Assembly: GCA_951406725.2 (NCBI GenBank)
Contig: OX597817.1
Location: forward strand, 170,128,001 to 170,192,000
Source: Octopus vulgaris
Lineage: Eukaryota
Direction: 5' to 3'
Length of the DNA stretch: 64,000 nt
Shown: positions 1 through 13,806 of the stretch, in pieces
Position numbering within the stretch: position 1 is the stretch's first letter
Layout of the letters: every line of letters starts with the position of its first letter
Made by a program: the position numbers and the translations under genes
The notes under the pieces: generated by a model
Seen by the model: the letters and a program-made list of their open reading frames with translations, nothing else
Database searches by the model: none
Told to the model about the DNA's origin: nothing

Positions 1-87
1 GCACACACACATACACAACTTTCTTTACACCTAGTACCTAATCAGTTATATTAACTATAAGAATACATACATACATTCAAATGTATA

Positions 88-127
<40 letters not shown>

Positions 128-153
128 ACGTGCACATATACATTTGATATATA

Positions 154-1924
154 CAGGGTGTTAGTTAGTTAGTTAGTTAGTTAGTTAATTAATTTGGCTC
201 AAAAGCAAATAGCAAGGCCATGTAGGGGGACATGGAGTTAAGTACAGGGTGGTGTTCATGTAAAGAGTTCAGGCCACTTGTGGTCAAGGGAGACTTTGAA
301 CCGAGCGGTCGTCGGAATCTTCACCATCTCGTCTGGCAGCTTGTTCCACAGATCCGCAACCCGGACGGAGAAAGCGCCTCTCCTTCGATTGAGATGAAAT
401 CATCGCAGGTAGAGCTTTTCGGAATGACCCCGCAGCCGACACTCTGGAACAGGAGTGAAGAACAGCTCTTTCGAGAGGTTACACTTTCCGCTTATGATGT
501 CGTGGGCGAGAATGAGATCACCACGGCGGCGGCGTTTTCAAGAGAATAAAGGTCGAGCGTCCTCAGCCTTTCTTCGTAGGACAAATTTTTGAGACCATGA
601 ACCATGCGGGTAGCCAGCTTCTGGACTCTTTCGAGATGCTGTATGTCTTTGAGGAGATAAGGAGAAGAGGCTTGAATCCCGTACTCCAATATGTATAAGG
701 TATTTGAGGACATATATTTTTTGGGGTCATTGCTGCATTTTTTGGTAACTCTGTATAATCTTTGTTTCAGAAAATATTAACGGCAGACCCTCAGCTTACA
801 CAAGAAATGAAGAGGCATGCTGTTATTGTGGTAATAGAGGCTGAGCATAGCAATTCAAAAATATCTCGATTTTTAAAAGTTGCCAGATCTTTCGTCTATA
901 AAGTTTGTAAGGAGCTAGAGACTGAAAATAGAAACATATCACCAGTATCAAAACATAAAAAGCATTCTAAACATTCTGAAATCATCAGAACACCTGAATT
1001 TATTCAGTATGTTCAACAGATCAATTGCAAAAGATCTCCATGTGTCAGAAGGAACAGTCAGAAATGATGTCCATGACGACATCAAATATAAGTCTTATAT
1101 GACGAGGAAAGGTTAATTTGTTTGAAAAAGCAAAAGAAAATCACTACATCAGATCTAAAAGGCTCTTAAACAAACTGAAAAATCCAGCAGAAAAGATTTG
1201 ATTTGTTTTGGGTTTTTTTCAAACAAGAAAACTTCGACCAAGATCAAAAAGTTAACAGAAGAAATGACAGATGGTTATGTGCAGACCCTTCAGAAGTTCC
1301 AAGTGTTAAGCATACAAAATTTCCTGCAACTGTCTTGGTTTTAGGGGTTGTCAGCAATGAAGGACATGTGATGCCTCCTTACTTCTTTCCACAAGGCCTT
1401 AGAGTTAACTCTGCCACATACATTGAGGTCCTGGAAATAATTGTTAAGCCCAGGATAGACAGTGTATGCAATGGAAGGGCATATGTGTTTCAGTAAAACT
1501 CTGTACTATCACACATGGATCTAGTAAAACAGGAAAGGATAGCTGAAAATTTTCATGATCACATAACCCTTAACATTTGGCCTCCTAATTCCCCAGACCT
1601 CAATCCATTGGACTATTACATATGGAGCATTGTTAAAAGAGAGGTCAATGAACATGCCCATAACACCAAAGATTCTTTGAAAGCTGCCATAGTCAGATTA
1701 ATGTCCAAAATGAACCAGGACCAATTGATTCAAGCATGCAGATGATTTAGATCTCATACAGAAGCAGTTGTTGAGGCTGAAGGTGGCTTTATTGAATAAC
1801 ATTGAATAACAAGTAAGTTTATTTTTATCCTCAAAGCATTTCTTGATAAATAAAGTTATCTGTTATTACATTATTTTATGTTTTCTTTTTAAAACATAAA
1901 TCTGTCCTCAAATATCTTATGCAC

Positions 1925-1928
<4 letters not shown>
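154..1928 (+). mobile_element. Tc1/mariner superfamily maT (DD37D) transposon, disabled; left TIR split by a CR1 insertion
   Basis: Transposase pieces in ORFs 762..1067, 1203..1496 and 1515..1745 (WPPNSPDLNPLDY), with 37 residues between the degenerate second catalytic position and the third D. The right TIR (1897-1928) is the reverse complement of CAGGGTG (154-160) plus TATAAGGTATTTGAGGACA (694-712). Confidence 0.9.
161..692 (-). mobile_element. CR1-type LINE 3' fragment with (CTAA)n tail
   Basis: SPYLLKDIQHLERVQKLATRMVHGLKNLSYEERLRTLDLYSLE and AFSVRVADLWNKLPDEMV are typical of a CR1 ORF2 C-terminus; (TTAG)n on the + strand at 161-187. Confidence 0.9.
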
Positions 1929-1999
<71 letters not shown>

Positions 2000-2014
2000 G
2001 TGTGTGTGTGTGTA

Positions 2015-2104
<90 letters not shown>

Positions 2105-2112
2105 TATATATA
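1928..2112. repeat. Compound (TG)n/(TA)n microsatellite
   Basis: Directly visible; source of the CV/YI/HT ORFs. Confidence 0.97.
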
Positions 2113-2329
2113 CGAGGGTGTGCTGAAAAGTTCCTGGCTTTGAGTATAATAAAACACAGGAGGATCAGTTAATTATGATTTTATTCAACATATTCCCCTC
2201 TCAGATTCACACATTTATTGCAGTGCTCCTTCAGTTTTTCTAAACCCTATAACAAAACCCGGAAGGTTGGGCCTCCAAACAGACCTTTCACAATACCCTT
2301 AAAGCCAGGAACTTTTCAGCACCCTCTCA
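2113..2329. mobile_element. Mariner-type MITE (~217 bp)
   Basis: TIRs CGAGGGTGTGCTGAAAAGTTCCTGGCTTT / AAAGCCAGGAACTTTTCAGCACCCTCTCA, flanked by TA. Confidence 0.85.
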
Positions 2330-2339
2330 TATATAAAGC

Positions 2340-2790
2340 AAGTGGTTCCATATATACAGCAAGGACCACATTGAGGAAGCTTTGAGAGTAAGAAGAGAAA
2401 ATATGCTGAGCAAGTGGTAAGTGGAGTTATGCAAAAGTAACTCCACTTGGCAAGCAAAGTGTAAACCCACAAAGGCGTTTATAGAGGGTTTGTAGGCCAG
2501 TCCCTGTGCAGGGCTTACAATATGCTTGGCATCACAGTAGGCAGAAGGCCATCAGGTTGGCTGAGGAAATGGCAGAGGTTACCTCAAGATGGCTATGGAT
2601 CAGGTGGTGTGAACCCTGAAAGTGGAAGTGCTACTAGGTTTAGAGCTAACTAGATACAAGCTGGAGATTAACAAACCTGACTGTGTTGCCTGAATGAGGG
2701 TGTCTGACGTTGAAAGACCAAAATCATCAATTGATCTCAGGAAACATCACTGAAGATGTGTCCAGGTGCATCTCAGGATGATGTATGGAC
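2340..2790 (+). mobile_element. HERO-like (restriction-like endonuclease) non-LTR retrotransposon 3' fragment
   Basis: Frameshifted translation DHIEEAFE..RGFVGQSLCRAYNMLGIT..AEVTSRWLWIR fits the RLE C-terminus; a 3' UTR follows. Confidence 0.7.
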
Positions 2791-2849
2791 AAAAAACACT
2801 GTATACACTGTTATGTTTTTATATACATGTGTGTGTATGTGTGTGTATA

Positions 2850-3247
2850 TCTTTTATCTTTTACTTGTTTCAGTCATTAGATTGCAGCCATGCTGGGGCA
2901 CCATGTTGAAGAATCTTAACTGAATGAATCAACCGCAGTACTTTTTTTTAAAGCCTGCTACTTATTGATATCTTTTGCTGAACTGCCAAGTTACGGGGAT
3001 GCAAACACACCAACACCAGTTGTCAAGCAGTGGTGAAAGGATGGACACACACACAGATACACACACACACATATATATATATACACTACAGGTTTTTCAG
3101 TTTCTGTTTACCAAATCCACTCACAATGCTTTGGTTGGCCCAAGGTTATAGCAGAAAACACTTGCCCAAGAGGCCATACAGTGGGACTGAATCGAGAACC
3201 ATATGGTTGGGAAGCAAAGCTTCTTACCAAACAGCCATATCTGCACC
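2850..3247 (-). mobile_element. SINE family A (tRNA head, CORE-like body, internal microsatellite, AAAGAGT tail), diverged copy
   Basis: Matches the ~20 other copies in the window. In young copies the A box is TGGCTGTGTGG and the B box GGTTCAGTCCC. Confidence 0.85.
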
Positions 3248-3309
3248 TATGTTCTTTTATTCATTTTAGTCACACAGCTACAGGCATGCTGGAGCACCAC
3301 CATATATAT

Positions 3310-3451
3310 TATCATCATCCTCCTTTAACGTCCGCTTTCCATGTTAGCATGGGTTGTACGATTTGACTGAGGACTGGCAAACAAGATGGCTGCACCAGAC
3401 TCCAATCTGATCTGGCAGAGTTTCTACAGCTGGATGCCCTTCCTAACGCCA
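3310..3451 (-). mobile_element. Retroposon family C 3' end ((GAT)n tail, GGCGTTAGGAAGGGCATCCAG core)
   Basis: Shared with copies at 15656, 20400, 26196, 38966, 46300 and 57967. Confidence 0.85.
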
Positions 3452-3580
3452 TATATATATATATATATACATAATTATAAACGGAAAAGACTTTCTCACC
3501 TTCCCGAACATCAAACTAAAACACCTGCTTGTTGTTTATACACCTGTCTTCATCTTTTGTTTTTCTGTAAATTACACCTT

Positions 3581-3630
<50 letters not shown>

Positions 3631-5647
3631 TTAATGATAAAACTACATGAGTGACTCAAGGTGCAAAAGGTTTTGATAAGTGCAATGATGCACAAAACTC
3701 TCAGCCCTTGTGTGATTTATGTAGTTTCCCAACTAAAAGTAAAAAAATTATATGTGCTGTACATTTGCACATTGAGTTCTATTTCTTTTTCTTGTACTAC
3801 CAAACCCATATTTCATGCATACATAAATCAAATACTTGCCAACTTCAGGGCTAATGTTTCAATATAGAGCTAATATAAAAAGACAAAAAATTATTCAGAT
3901 TTTTATAATCAAGAAAACACAAATTGTTCCTAATTGTATACTAATCATAACTAATGATTTGTTGTAGAAAAATACTCTAATACAGAGATGCAAATCTATT
4001 CAGAACAAGTGAAAATTAGATCACTTTTTCAGAGTTCACATATCTTTACATTGGTTGGTATGACGTTTGTTGAATTTTTTCTATGTCAGGAAACTTAAAA
4101 GAACAAATCTTTTAAAAAGTTGACAGTTATAACTAACAAGAATTAATTATTTCAACTACAAAAATTGATTTAAGAGATGTAACACCAGGAAAATGATTAA
4201 ATATATTTCACAAAGTCAATAATTTAAATGACATTTCACGAGATTTAATCTAGATGTAAAATGAGGGCAGGAGTTTTTTTTCTTTTTTTTTTTTTTGTAG
4301 AAACAATTACTATGAAATCTGACTTTAACACTTCAAGCTAATGAAATAATTTTTGTGTCACTCAGACTACTAGAAATAGCTACCAATTCTCCAGCAAATC
4401 ATACAGATGGTCAAACTGAACATCAACTATAAGAATCTCAACAATATAAGACCCTAAAAAAGTCATGGACACTGTACTTTCTCAGGACCAAGTTCTCCAT
4501 TCCAACCTGTCCAGCAAACCAAGAAATCTAAGAATCCTACTATCTTAAAAAATAGAACACATTGAATAAAATAGTTCCAGATATACTATGTCTGAAAATA
4601 GGATGATCATAGGTTTAATCTAATCAGAACTGACCTGTGACAAAACAACTTCAGCATTTTTTTTTATAGCTCAAAGCTTTAACCATATTACAGAGCTGAT
4701 GAGACTGGTTGGAGAGAAAGAAAGAAACCACTTCTTGTTGCAATAGGAAGCAACACATGTTGAAATCAAGGTAGCCTCATACTTTGTCTGAATATGTCTA
4801 ACAAAGTGGACTCTGCTAAAGGTCTCCAAGGGCTTGGTGGTGGTAGTTAAACCAGCTGACATATTAAATTGTCAGATTAATTGATCCAAGAACAGGTACA
4901 GTCAATCTGATAGGCTTCTCTACTGTTTTTCTCTGCCCAATATCAATCTCAGCACTTGGATCAATCAGAGGCTGGCTCAAGGTACTGCACAAAGAAATAA
5001 AATCTTGAGCCATGTGATTGACCATATCTGTGCTCATGAATGTAAGCTATTTTTAAAATATTAGATTACAGGACTACAACAATATAAACTTTTATTCAAA
5101 TTGTGTAAGTAAAAAATATTTGGAAAATGGAACAAAGATAAAATGTGGTATTTTATAAGAATGAAAATATTCTATTCTGTTCAGGCATTGTTAATACAAC
5201 AATCATTTCAAACAAGTACAGTGAGAATTGGCAATGATAACAATATATATGTTTTTATGGAATATATTGGATATAATGATTGTTTTATCCATCCTTCATT
5301 ATATTTATAACAAAGAATTAGTACTGTTTTAAATGAAGTTTTCTAGTCAATTCAACCAATAAAATTGAAGAGAATTCACCAAGTTTAATCAAATCAATTT
5401 ATTATAGAATTATCTTTTTATTCACAAAGGAAATATGAATATTTAACACATTGCCTGCATTGTCTATATCTGACAATATGGTTTTCACAGTTAAAAGCAA
5501 TTTAATGTTAATAAATAATTCTGCTTTAGAACTGGTGATTATATAACAGAGATGGGTGTTAACTTCGGGATCATCACAATACATAAATTTACTTTCTAAA
5601 TATGAAAATGATGGCTGAGTTTCATTTAGAAGAACTTTATATATGTA

Positions 5648-5689
<42 letters not shown>

Positions 5690-5695
<6 letters not shown>

Positions 5696-5897
5696 CTCCA
5701 AACATGAACAATGAGAAAACACAACAAGGTGTGGACGTGGAACAAGTATAGTGTTAGTGGACGCTCAGGAAAGGAAAGAAAGAAGGAAGATTTAACATTT
5801 TGAGTGGAGCTCTTCATCAGAAACATAGAAAAAGGAAAGGTCCAAGGAAGGGAAGATGGAGAAAAAAAATCGCCAACGATATACACGCGGTCACATA
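5690..5897 (-). mobile_element. Penelope-type terminal repeat fragment in a TA microsatellite, with a degenerate hammerhead core
   Basis: Minus strand CTGATGAAGAGCTCCACTCAAAATGTTA at 5820-5793; related to 34255-34477. Confidence 0.5.
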
Positions 5898-6707
5898 ATA
5901 TATATATATATATATATATACATACATATATATATAAATATATATATATACATACACACACACACACACGCACACTCACACACACACACATTTGTAGTGT
6001 AACATATGGATTCATAGAATCATGTGTTTATCACAGAAAGCTCCTCTAACAGAGTCAGTTAACAGACCACATGGTTATCCAATGCAGAAGTGTATAATGC
6101 AGAGTTTCATGAAGCAGGAATCTGGGAGACCTTATTAATGAAATTATTTCATGAGGAGTATATAAACTATAAATAGTTAGGAGGTATGAAAGATGATATG
6201 CATATATACATATCATCCTTTAACATCTGTTTTCCATGCTGGTATGGGTTGGATGGTTTGATACGAGCTAGTGATCCAGAGGGTTGTGCCAAGCTTTATT
6301 GTCTGCTTTGGCAAGGTTTCTACAGCTGGATGCCATTCCTAATATCAGCCACATAGCAGATTATATTGAGTGCTTTTTACATGGCACCAGCAAGGTTACC
6401 AAGTAACTTGCAAGACAAAAACCCCACTCCCTGCTCTCAATTTGACTGAGTGGGGTTTGGAATTGAGGGAGGTGTCTTTGTGCCAAGTGATGAGAGGTTA
6501 GCATATGGTAGAGGGATAGAAAATGGTGTTTTGGAGTAGAAGAAATACACGGCTACTCCAGTTGAAAAAGGAGAGAGGTGAGGAGAAACAGAGAGATGGT
6601 GAAGATGTGTTACAGAGAGGGGTATGTAAGTGAAGCAGTACAGAGGACTGGATAGGGTGAATGAGCACATAAGTTCACTAAAATACTATATATATATATA
6701 TATATAT

Positions 6708-7112
6708 TACTCTTTTACTCTTTTACTTGTTTCAGTCATTTGACTGCGACCATGCTGGAGCACCGCCTTTAGTCGAGCAAATCAACCCCAGGACTTATTT
6801 TTTGTAAGCCCAGTACTTATTCTATCGGTCTCTTTTGCCGAACCGCTAAGTGACGGGGACGTAAACACACCAGCATCGGTTGTCAAGCAATGCTAGGGGG
6901 ACAAACACAGACACAAACATATACACACACACTTATATATACATATATACGACAGGCTTCTTTCAGTTTCCGTCTACCAAATCCACTCACAAGGCATTGG
7001 TCGGCCCGGGGCTATAGCAGAAGACACTTGCCCAAGATGCCACACAGTGGGACTGAACCCGGAACCATGTGATTGGTTAGCAAGCTACTTACCACACAGC
7101 CACTCCTGCACC
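6708..7112 (-). mobile_element. SINE family A, young full-length copy
   Basis: Near-identical to copies at 25112, 28800 and 62525. Confidence 0.93.
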
Positions 7113-8194
7113 TATGCTTAGATAAAATGAATAATCAGGGCAAAAAATTCTTCATAAATTGAAATTTTTTGATTAGATGTAGAAAGAAAGCAAATGCTAT
7201 TGTTAGGTGACACAAAGAACAGAGGAAATAATTTCAATATATTTAGAATAATTAGAAATATCTTCATGCTTAAGGAGAAAATCAGATCTCTGTTAGCAGG
7301 GACAGTGATAGTAGCAGACATGTTTCAGTATTATTGGGCCTTGTCAGCAAAACGTAGAAACATGAACACATTTGATAAATAAAAATACAATTCTGCACAG
7401 AGAAGATGGACTATGAATAATTTTTGGAAAGCAGTAATAAAAAAAAAACAAAATTGAGATAAGGGAAATAACTCAAATATGCTAATGGCATAGACTGAGA
7501 TAAATCAACAGTGCCTGAATGTACTGAATGACATGGAGAATAAATTATTAATGAATTGAATTTTTTCTCTTAGTTGCAGAAAGTAAACAAAAATGTATCG
7601 ATATTTGTTAATGACTCATTAAGCAAAAGGAAGATGATTTTAATGAAATAAGAATTAATTAAAATTTTTTTTTGATTTATCTCAAACTGCCATTGGCTTA
7701 TTTGACTATTTCCCTTGGCTCAGTTTTGTCTTTTAATATGTAAATTATTACATGCCAAAAATTATTTGTACCCCACTTCTGAAAAAACTATGTTTATTCA
7801 TAAAGTTAATAAAGCAGAGTTACTTTTTTTTTTTTTTTTTTAAGTCTATGCTTCTCTGACTGGATCCAATAAAAATGAAATCAGTCTGCTGCTGTTACCA
7901 TCCCAACTTACAAAGATCAAATATTCTCTTAAGCATGAGGAATAATTCTTTTTATAAATTATTAATTTATTAAAATTATTTTCTCTTTGTTTGTTGCTAA
8001 CAAATGTAGATGGTTAAAGAACGAAAACAATAATCAAAGAGGAAAATTTCAATTCATTAAGAATTTCTTGCATGTGTCATTCAATGCAGCCATACATACT
8101 TGACTTGTCCTACTGCATACCATTGATTTTACTTGAGTATTTTCCACTAGCTCAATTCGATTTTTCTTATGTTCCAATATACATAAAAAAAAAA

Positions 8195-8432
8195 TAAATA
8201 AATGTTCCTTCTCAAGCCAGGCTCATAAGGGGCAGTTTCCCGGTTTCAGTGGCGTAGAAATTTCCCAACTGGACAGGACGCCAGTCCATTGCAGGATTAC
8301 TCATTTTTACCAGCTGAGTGGACTGGAGTAACGTGAAATGAAGTATTTTGCTCAAGAACACAATGCATCGCCCAGTCCAGGAATCGAAACCAAAACCTTG
8401 CGATCATGAGTTCAACACCCTAACCACCTAGC
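8195..8432 (-). mobile_element. tRNA-derived SINE family E, inserted in a former CATSPERG exon
   Basis: Minus-strand head GGTGGTTAGGGTG..GGTTTCGATTCC, then TGTGTTCTTGAGCAAAATACTT; related to 46795-47167 and 61878-62170. Confidence 0.8.
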
Positions 8433-9291
8433 TAATATATATGTACATCTAAAATTTGCACTTTTTCTCCCAAGTTTTATATTTTACATTCTTTCATGCA
8501 TATCATCACCTGAGTAAACTTCACTGCTATTGAACCTACAGAGGATTTTTAGTGCCACCGTCAAAAGCAGAGAAAATGGTTAAACCTCAGGTTTTATCTC
8601 TCCCTGGACAGCAAAAATGGAACAGATTTGGCCAGAGTTGCTCAACTTTATCTCTCAAATTTAAACCCAGCACATCTGAAATGATGAACGATGCAATGGA
8701 CATTGTAGCCCAAAACACAAATAAACAATAGACATTGATATACAGAAGACACAAATTAGAAGTGTCCTTGATCAGAGATGACCTGATGCTAAATAACAAA
8801 CCTAACACTTTTGCTAGCACTTTATTTCATTTAAACACCTTCATAATGTCAGTTTCAAAAAATTCTTTTCACCATCAATGAGAAAGTACATTTCAGACAC
8901 ATTCATAATATTTTCTCAATGAAAACTTTGGCATCACACCTAACTCTTCTTATTCTTGGTTGACAGGTAACCAAGATTATACATCAACACCGATATTTTT
9001 AACACCCACTTTTCCATGCTTGCATAGGTCAGACTGATTTTATTGAGGCAGATTTTCTTTGTCTGAATGCCTTTCCTATCAATAACCCTAATCCGTTGAC
9101 AGGCAAGATAATATTTCCTCATATTTTGCAGAATATTGGACATGAATGATACTGCTTGTAAGACAGTAACATTCATTTACAAATATCAAGCAATGTCAAA
9201 TCAAGGGGACACAAACCCACACAGACACACATGTATGTATTTATGTGTGTGTGTGTCACCTTGATATATATGTATATATATATATATATAT

Positions 9292-9507
9292 ACCGGAGTA
9301 AACACATAAATGTAAAACAAGGTGGAAAAAAGAGTACTCAAATACCAGTGGTAGAGTAATATGCTTTATTTAAAGCAGCAGAAAATTCAACAAAATCTGT
9401 TACTCTGAGTTTCTCGTTGCCGTTCATCAGACAAAAACTGTCTGATGAACGGCTTCGAGAAACTCAGAGTAACAGATTTTGTTGAATTTTCTGCTGCTTT
9501 AAATAAA

Positions 9508-9512
<5 letters not shown>
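9292..9512. mobile_element. Penelope-type fragment forming a ~150 bp palindrome (9360-9512)
   Basis: The arms are near-perfect reverse complements centred at ~9436; the element is embedded in (TA)n. Confidence 0.75.
9433..9480 (+). ncRNA. Minimal type I hammerhead ribozyme motif (second copy on the minus strand in the other arm)
   Basis: Stem I 5' AAAAACTGT, core CTGATGA, short stem II, GAAA, loopless palindromic stem III ACTC-A-GAGT, GUA cleavage triplet at 9469-9471, stem I 3' ACAGATTTT. Stem II is imperfect. Confidence 0.65.
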
Positions 9513-9549
<37 letters not shown>

Positions 9550-9627
9550 TTATATGCAGTTAAGTATATAAATACATTACTGTTCTATGCTTTAGAGTGT
9601 GATTCTTGTTCAGATATATGATACAGT

Positions 9628-9667
<40 letters not shown>

Positions 9668-10479
9668 ACATATACAGGGTTCAATGAATAAACTGTTATC
9701 TAAATTACACAAAAATCAAAATAACACAGACATCTCATTTTAACAGATATATTTGCCAAAATTACATAAAATTATTTCGAAATACTAAAGAGTAAATTTG
9801 TTCAACAAGTCTTTGCAAGCAAAGTTTATTGTCCAATGAATGAGGGGTACTCATAAGTGGGCTGGTTACACCCACTGGCATAGGCCACGGATTATGGGAT
9901 ACTCATTCTCTGAAGATCCAACAAGACTAGAAACTGGTAAAATCCGTATCACTTTTGCTAACCACAAGAGGAGATAAAATTTAGTGTGAATTAAACTTAC
10001 ACTGTTTATATAGTGAAGCTAAAACATACAGTTTATATCTTACATTTCAGACTTTCCAAAATGCCGAGGAGTGCCCTGTGAATTAGTGTGTGTGTATGTG
10101 TGTGTGCACGCATATAAAAACACTGAAGTGTTCACCAGAGCAGGAAAGAGAGTGCTCAATAGCAGAGGTAGAGGTAGATATTATTAGGTGTTGAAATTTC
10201 ATAAATTGTTTCTCTGAATTACTTATTTCTGATCTTTATTTAAAGAGTAGGAATGAAACTCAGTGTAAAAATATGTGAAGTTTCAACAGCCAATAAAATA
10301 AATTATTATTATATATAAATACAGATTTGTTTGCATGTACATATATATGTTACATATATAGATATATATGTACGTATAGATAAGTACATTTGCAAATCAC
10401 ACTCACTCGCATTAAAAGTGTGTGTAAGTAGAGAGAGAAAGAGAGAAGAAAGAAAGAGTATGTAAGTGTATGTTTAGGT

Positions 10480-11000
10480 ATAAATACAATCAATATCCAA
10501 ATAATAAACATAATTTTCTGAATATTCATTCAGTCACTTTAGATTTTTTTCTTTTTTTATCACTGAGTCATGACAAGGAAACATCTTTGAAACATAAAAT
10601 AGTAAGAGTTACAGATATTTTGTGGCAGATATCAGAGGAATCCAGATATTATAGGAGAAAAATATTTAGAATTTTGTTTAGATGCGAGGAAATTTAATGG
10701 TTGACATATCTGAAAAGTTTGAATAAAAACGGATTGAGGTATGATTTGTTGAATATGTATTTTTGTACGAGAAACTTTGAAGAAAAATGGAGTAAAAGTG
10801 AGACAAGAGTGGCTGGGTATTGAAGGTATCAGCTGATGTATGAAGCATGTGTTAGAAGTGTAATGCTACTTGACAATGAAACAGATATTCAATATATTCT
10901 ATGAGGGGTTAGATAGAAATGAATAAGTATCATCTGTTAGACATGTGATGTTAACCTACATGAAAGGTAAAGTGCAAATGAGTTTAAAGAGCAACTAGGC
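10480..11000 (+). mobile_element. Old RTE LINE fragment (RT C-terminal region)
   Basis: Degenerate YEACVRSVMLL motif at ~10840-10872. Confidence 0.5.
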
Positions 11001-11012
11001 ATTAAATATATA

Positions 11013-11272
11013 TTGGGTCATCCCATAAATGCGTTTTTTTTTTTTTTTTCAATTCCATGAACTAAAAGTTGGAGGGGTATGGGATAAACTACCTGCATTA
11101 ACTTGCTATAAAAGCAGGTAGTAATTTCACCTTGTCCTTATTCTTAGTGCAAGTTTTGAAAACTGAAGTTCGATTTTTACCGTTACTTTTCCAAAGCTAA
11201 TACAACAGTAAAAACTGAGACATTCATAATTTTTCTGACTTTATGAGTTCAATAAAGGCAACAACACAACAG
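11013..11272 (+). mobile_element. Mariner left-end fragment
   Basis: TA-TTGGGTCATCCCATAA terminus and a transposase N-terminal LYEFNKGNN. Confidence 0.7.
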
Positions 11273-13395
11273 TGCATCCAAATGTCATTCATCACAAACT
11301 TACTACTTCTAATCCACTGTAGAAATGGTTATAGGGAAACATCCAGTTCTTTAAGAAGTCAAAAGCATGTGGGATTATTTCTAACTCTGGTGCAAAGTAA
11401 CTGAACTGTTGAGAACGAGCACAGAGTTGATGCAGATCCAATCAATCCCACTCCATAATTAGTACACATTTCAACTCAGATAAAAACCCAAGAGCAACAG
11501 AATTTGAACTCAAAATGCAAAGAGGCAAAAACCAGTATGCAAATCCAGCATTCTACCTTTCTTCTTATCTCCATAATAAATATATTTAATCATTTCAGGA
11601 CCAAAAACCCTCCACCAATAGCAAAAATATCCTTTTCTCCGATGTTTCAAAATAATGTGAAAATCTATTCTACTCGCTAAAAGAAAGTCCTCTATGATTA
11701 ACACATCAACATAATATACTAATTATCTTAAATTTAAGCATCACACATTATTTTACTAAACAATAGCTTCATTTAGACAAATGAGCAGTTGGAAGTGATA
11801 TATGTTATTATAGGCTTCCAAATAGTAGCTCAGTGGAAAACTAAGAATGAAAAATAGTAAAAATAAAGGTGGCTAGTTGTGAAACAACTGAAAAGAAATA
11901 AACAGCTTTCTGTTTGCTTTCTGTAAAATAACAGTGTTTCATGGAGAGGAAAAGATATGTAATTGATTGTATAAGAGAGGAATATTTAGTTTCATTCAAG
12001 TTTCACATACATTGTATTGAACTTTACAATAATAACTAACAACACTTTAACTATAGATTCAAAGATAAAACAACATACATGAGCTTTATTTTATTTATTT
12101 TTCTATCAAACTTTGATATTTTCATTTCTGTTTTGTTCTTCCTCTCTTTCTCTCCCTCTCCCCTTCCCTCTCTATATATCTCCCTCTTTCTCCCCCTTTC
12201 CTTCTTTCTCTCTCTCCCTTTGTCTTTCTCACACATGCAGGAAATATCAATCAACTCAGAAGAAGCTTGTATACTGTGTTTATTTGCATTGCTAAAGAAA
12301 TTATTATTATTATAGTTATTATTATTATTATTATTATGTTAGGAAACATGTAAAAAAATTCAAATGTATGTAAAACACCAGTTTTGATGCAAAAATAAAT
12401 GTTGGAAAAAATGCATCCAGAAAATATCAAGATAAAAATTTCACTTTCAGGATGTTATAGTAATTCTTTTTGGTTTCTACCCAGGAAAGAACAGATAAAA
12501 AATGTAAAAAGAAGGTGGGAAGGAAATTTAAAAAAAATACAAACAAGATAGCAAGGCATACTATTTAGAATTATTCTATCTTTGAGGGGAAATACCTTTC
12601 TGCGAAACAAAGGACGTCTAAAAAATTATTTCTGTATGATAAATAACGCTCGTTTATAAAAACATAAAGAGATAAAACAACCTCTTCAACAGTAAATATA
12701 TATTTTTTAATAACTAGTTTATGTATCAAAGGTAAAACAAAAAATCAACATTTATTGATTTGTTTTGATTACAATGGTATCAAATTTTGTATTATATCTA
12801 AAATGAGCAGTCATTTTGTTTTTCTGTTTTTTCCTTCATTTTTCTTTTACTCTCTTCAATAATTCCCTAATTCACTACCAATTACAATGTGTGCAGTAAT
12901 CATGTCTATTCAAATGTTTGAAGCATCACATTATATACTTTCCCGAGGTTCTTCAGCAAATATAGTTCATAAAATCAGGTAAGTCATTCCTTTGTAAATA
13001 AATAGCTTAAATGACATCGTTATGAAGAGATATTCAATTTGACAACCATGTTGGAAAGGAAGTATCCATTTTAGTGCTTCCTCAAGAACTTTTAATTGGA
13101 AATCAACATTTATATCAGTGATAGAAACATTTCCATTCCAGAATATGGACAAGTCATTTCAATATGCATGTTTCAATAGAAATAGCATGAAACTTCTATC
13201 GAGACAATAGACCATATTGAATAAATGTGACATTTGAAAATACTGAATGAGGAATTTCATTCAGATAAAGACACCATTAAGAGTGATCTTGACTATTTCC
13301 TATTCTGTTTACTTACAAACTGATGCTGATAATACAATACATAAAGATAGTACATATAAAGGAGTGAGGACTGGAGGTCTAAGGAAACGAGTGAG

Positions 13396-13806
13396 TACTC
13401 TTTACTCTTTTACTCGTTTCAGTCATTTGACTGTGGCCATGCTGGAGCACCGCCTTTAATCGAGCAACTCGACCCCGGAACTTATTCTTTTTGTAAGCCC
13501 AGTACTTATTCTATCGGTCTCTTTTTGCCGAACCGCTAAGTAACGGGGACATAAACACACCAGCATCGGTTGTCAAGCAATGCTAGGAGGACAAACACAG
13601 ACACACAAATATACACATACACATATATATATATACATATATACGACGGGCTTCTTTCAGTTTCCGTCTACCAAATCTACTCACAAGGCTTTGGTCGGCC
13701 CGAGGCTATAGTAGAAGACACTTGCCCGAGGTGCCACGCAGTGGGACTGAACCCGGAACCATGTGGTTGGTAAGCAAGCTACTTACCACACAGCCACTCC
13801 TGCGCC
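13396..13806 (-). mobile_element. SINE family A inserted in the first CATSPERG coding segment
   Basis: Full-length consensus match. Confidence 0.93.

Noticed and set aside
4671-4862. Minus-strand ORF as the CATSPERG STYC motif (ASYCNK)
   Set aside because: Out of order relative to the other CATSPERG segments.
7100-13300. Endogenous viral element explanation for the decayed coding islands
   Set aside because: No viral polymerase or capsid motifs seen; splice acceptors and collinear CatSper matches explain the islands better.
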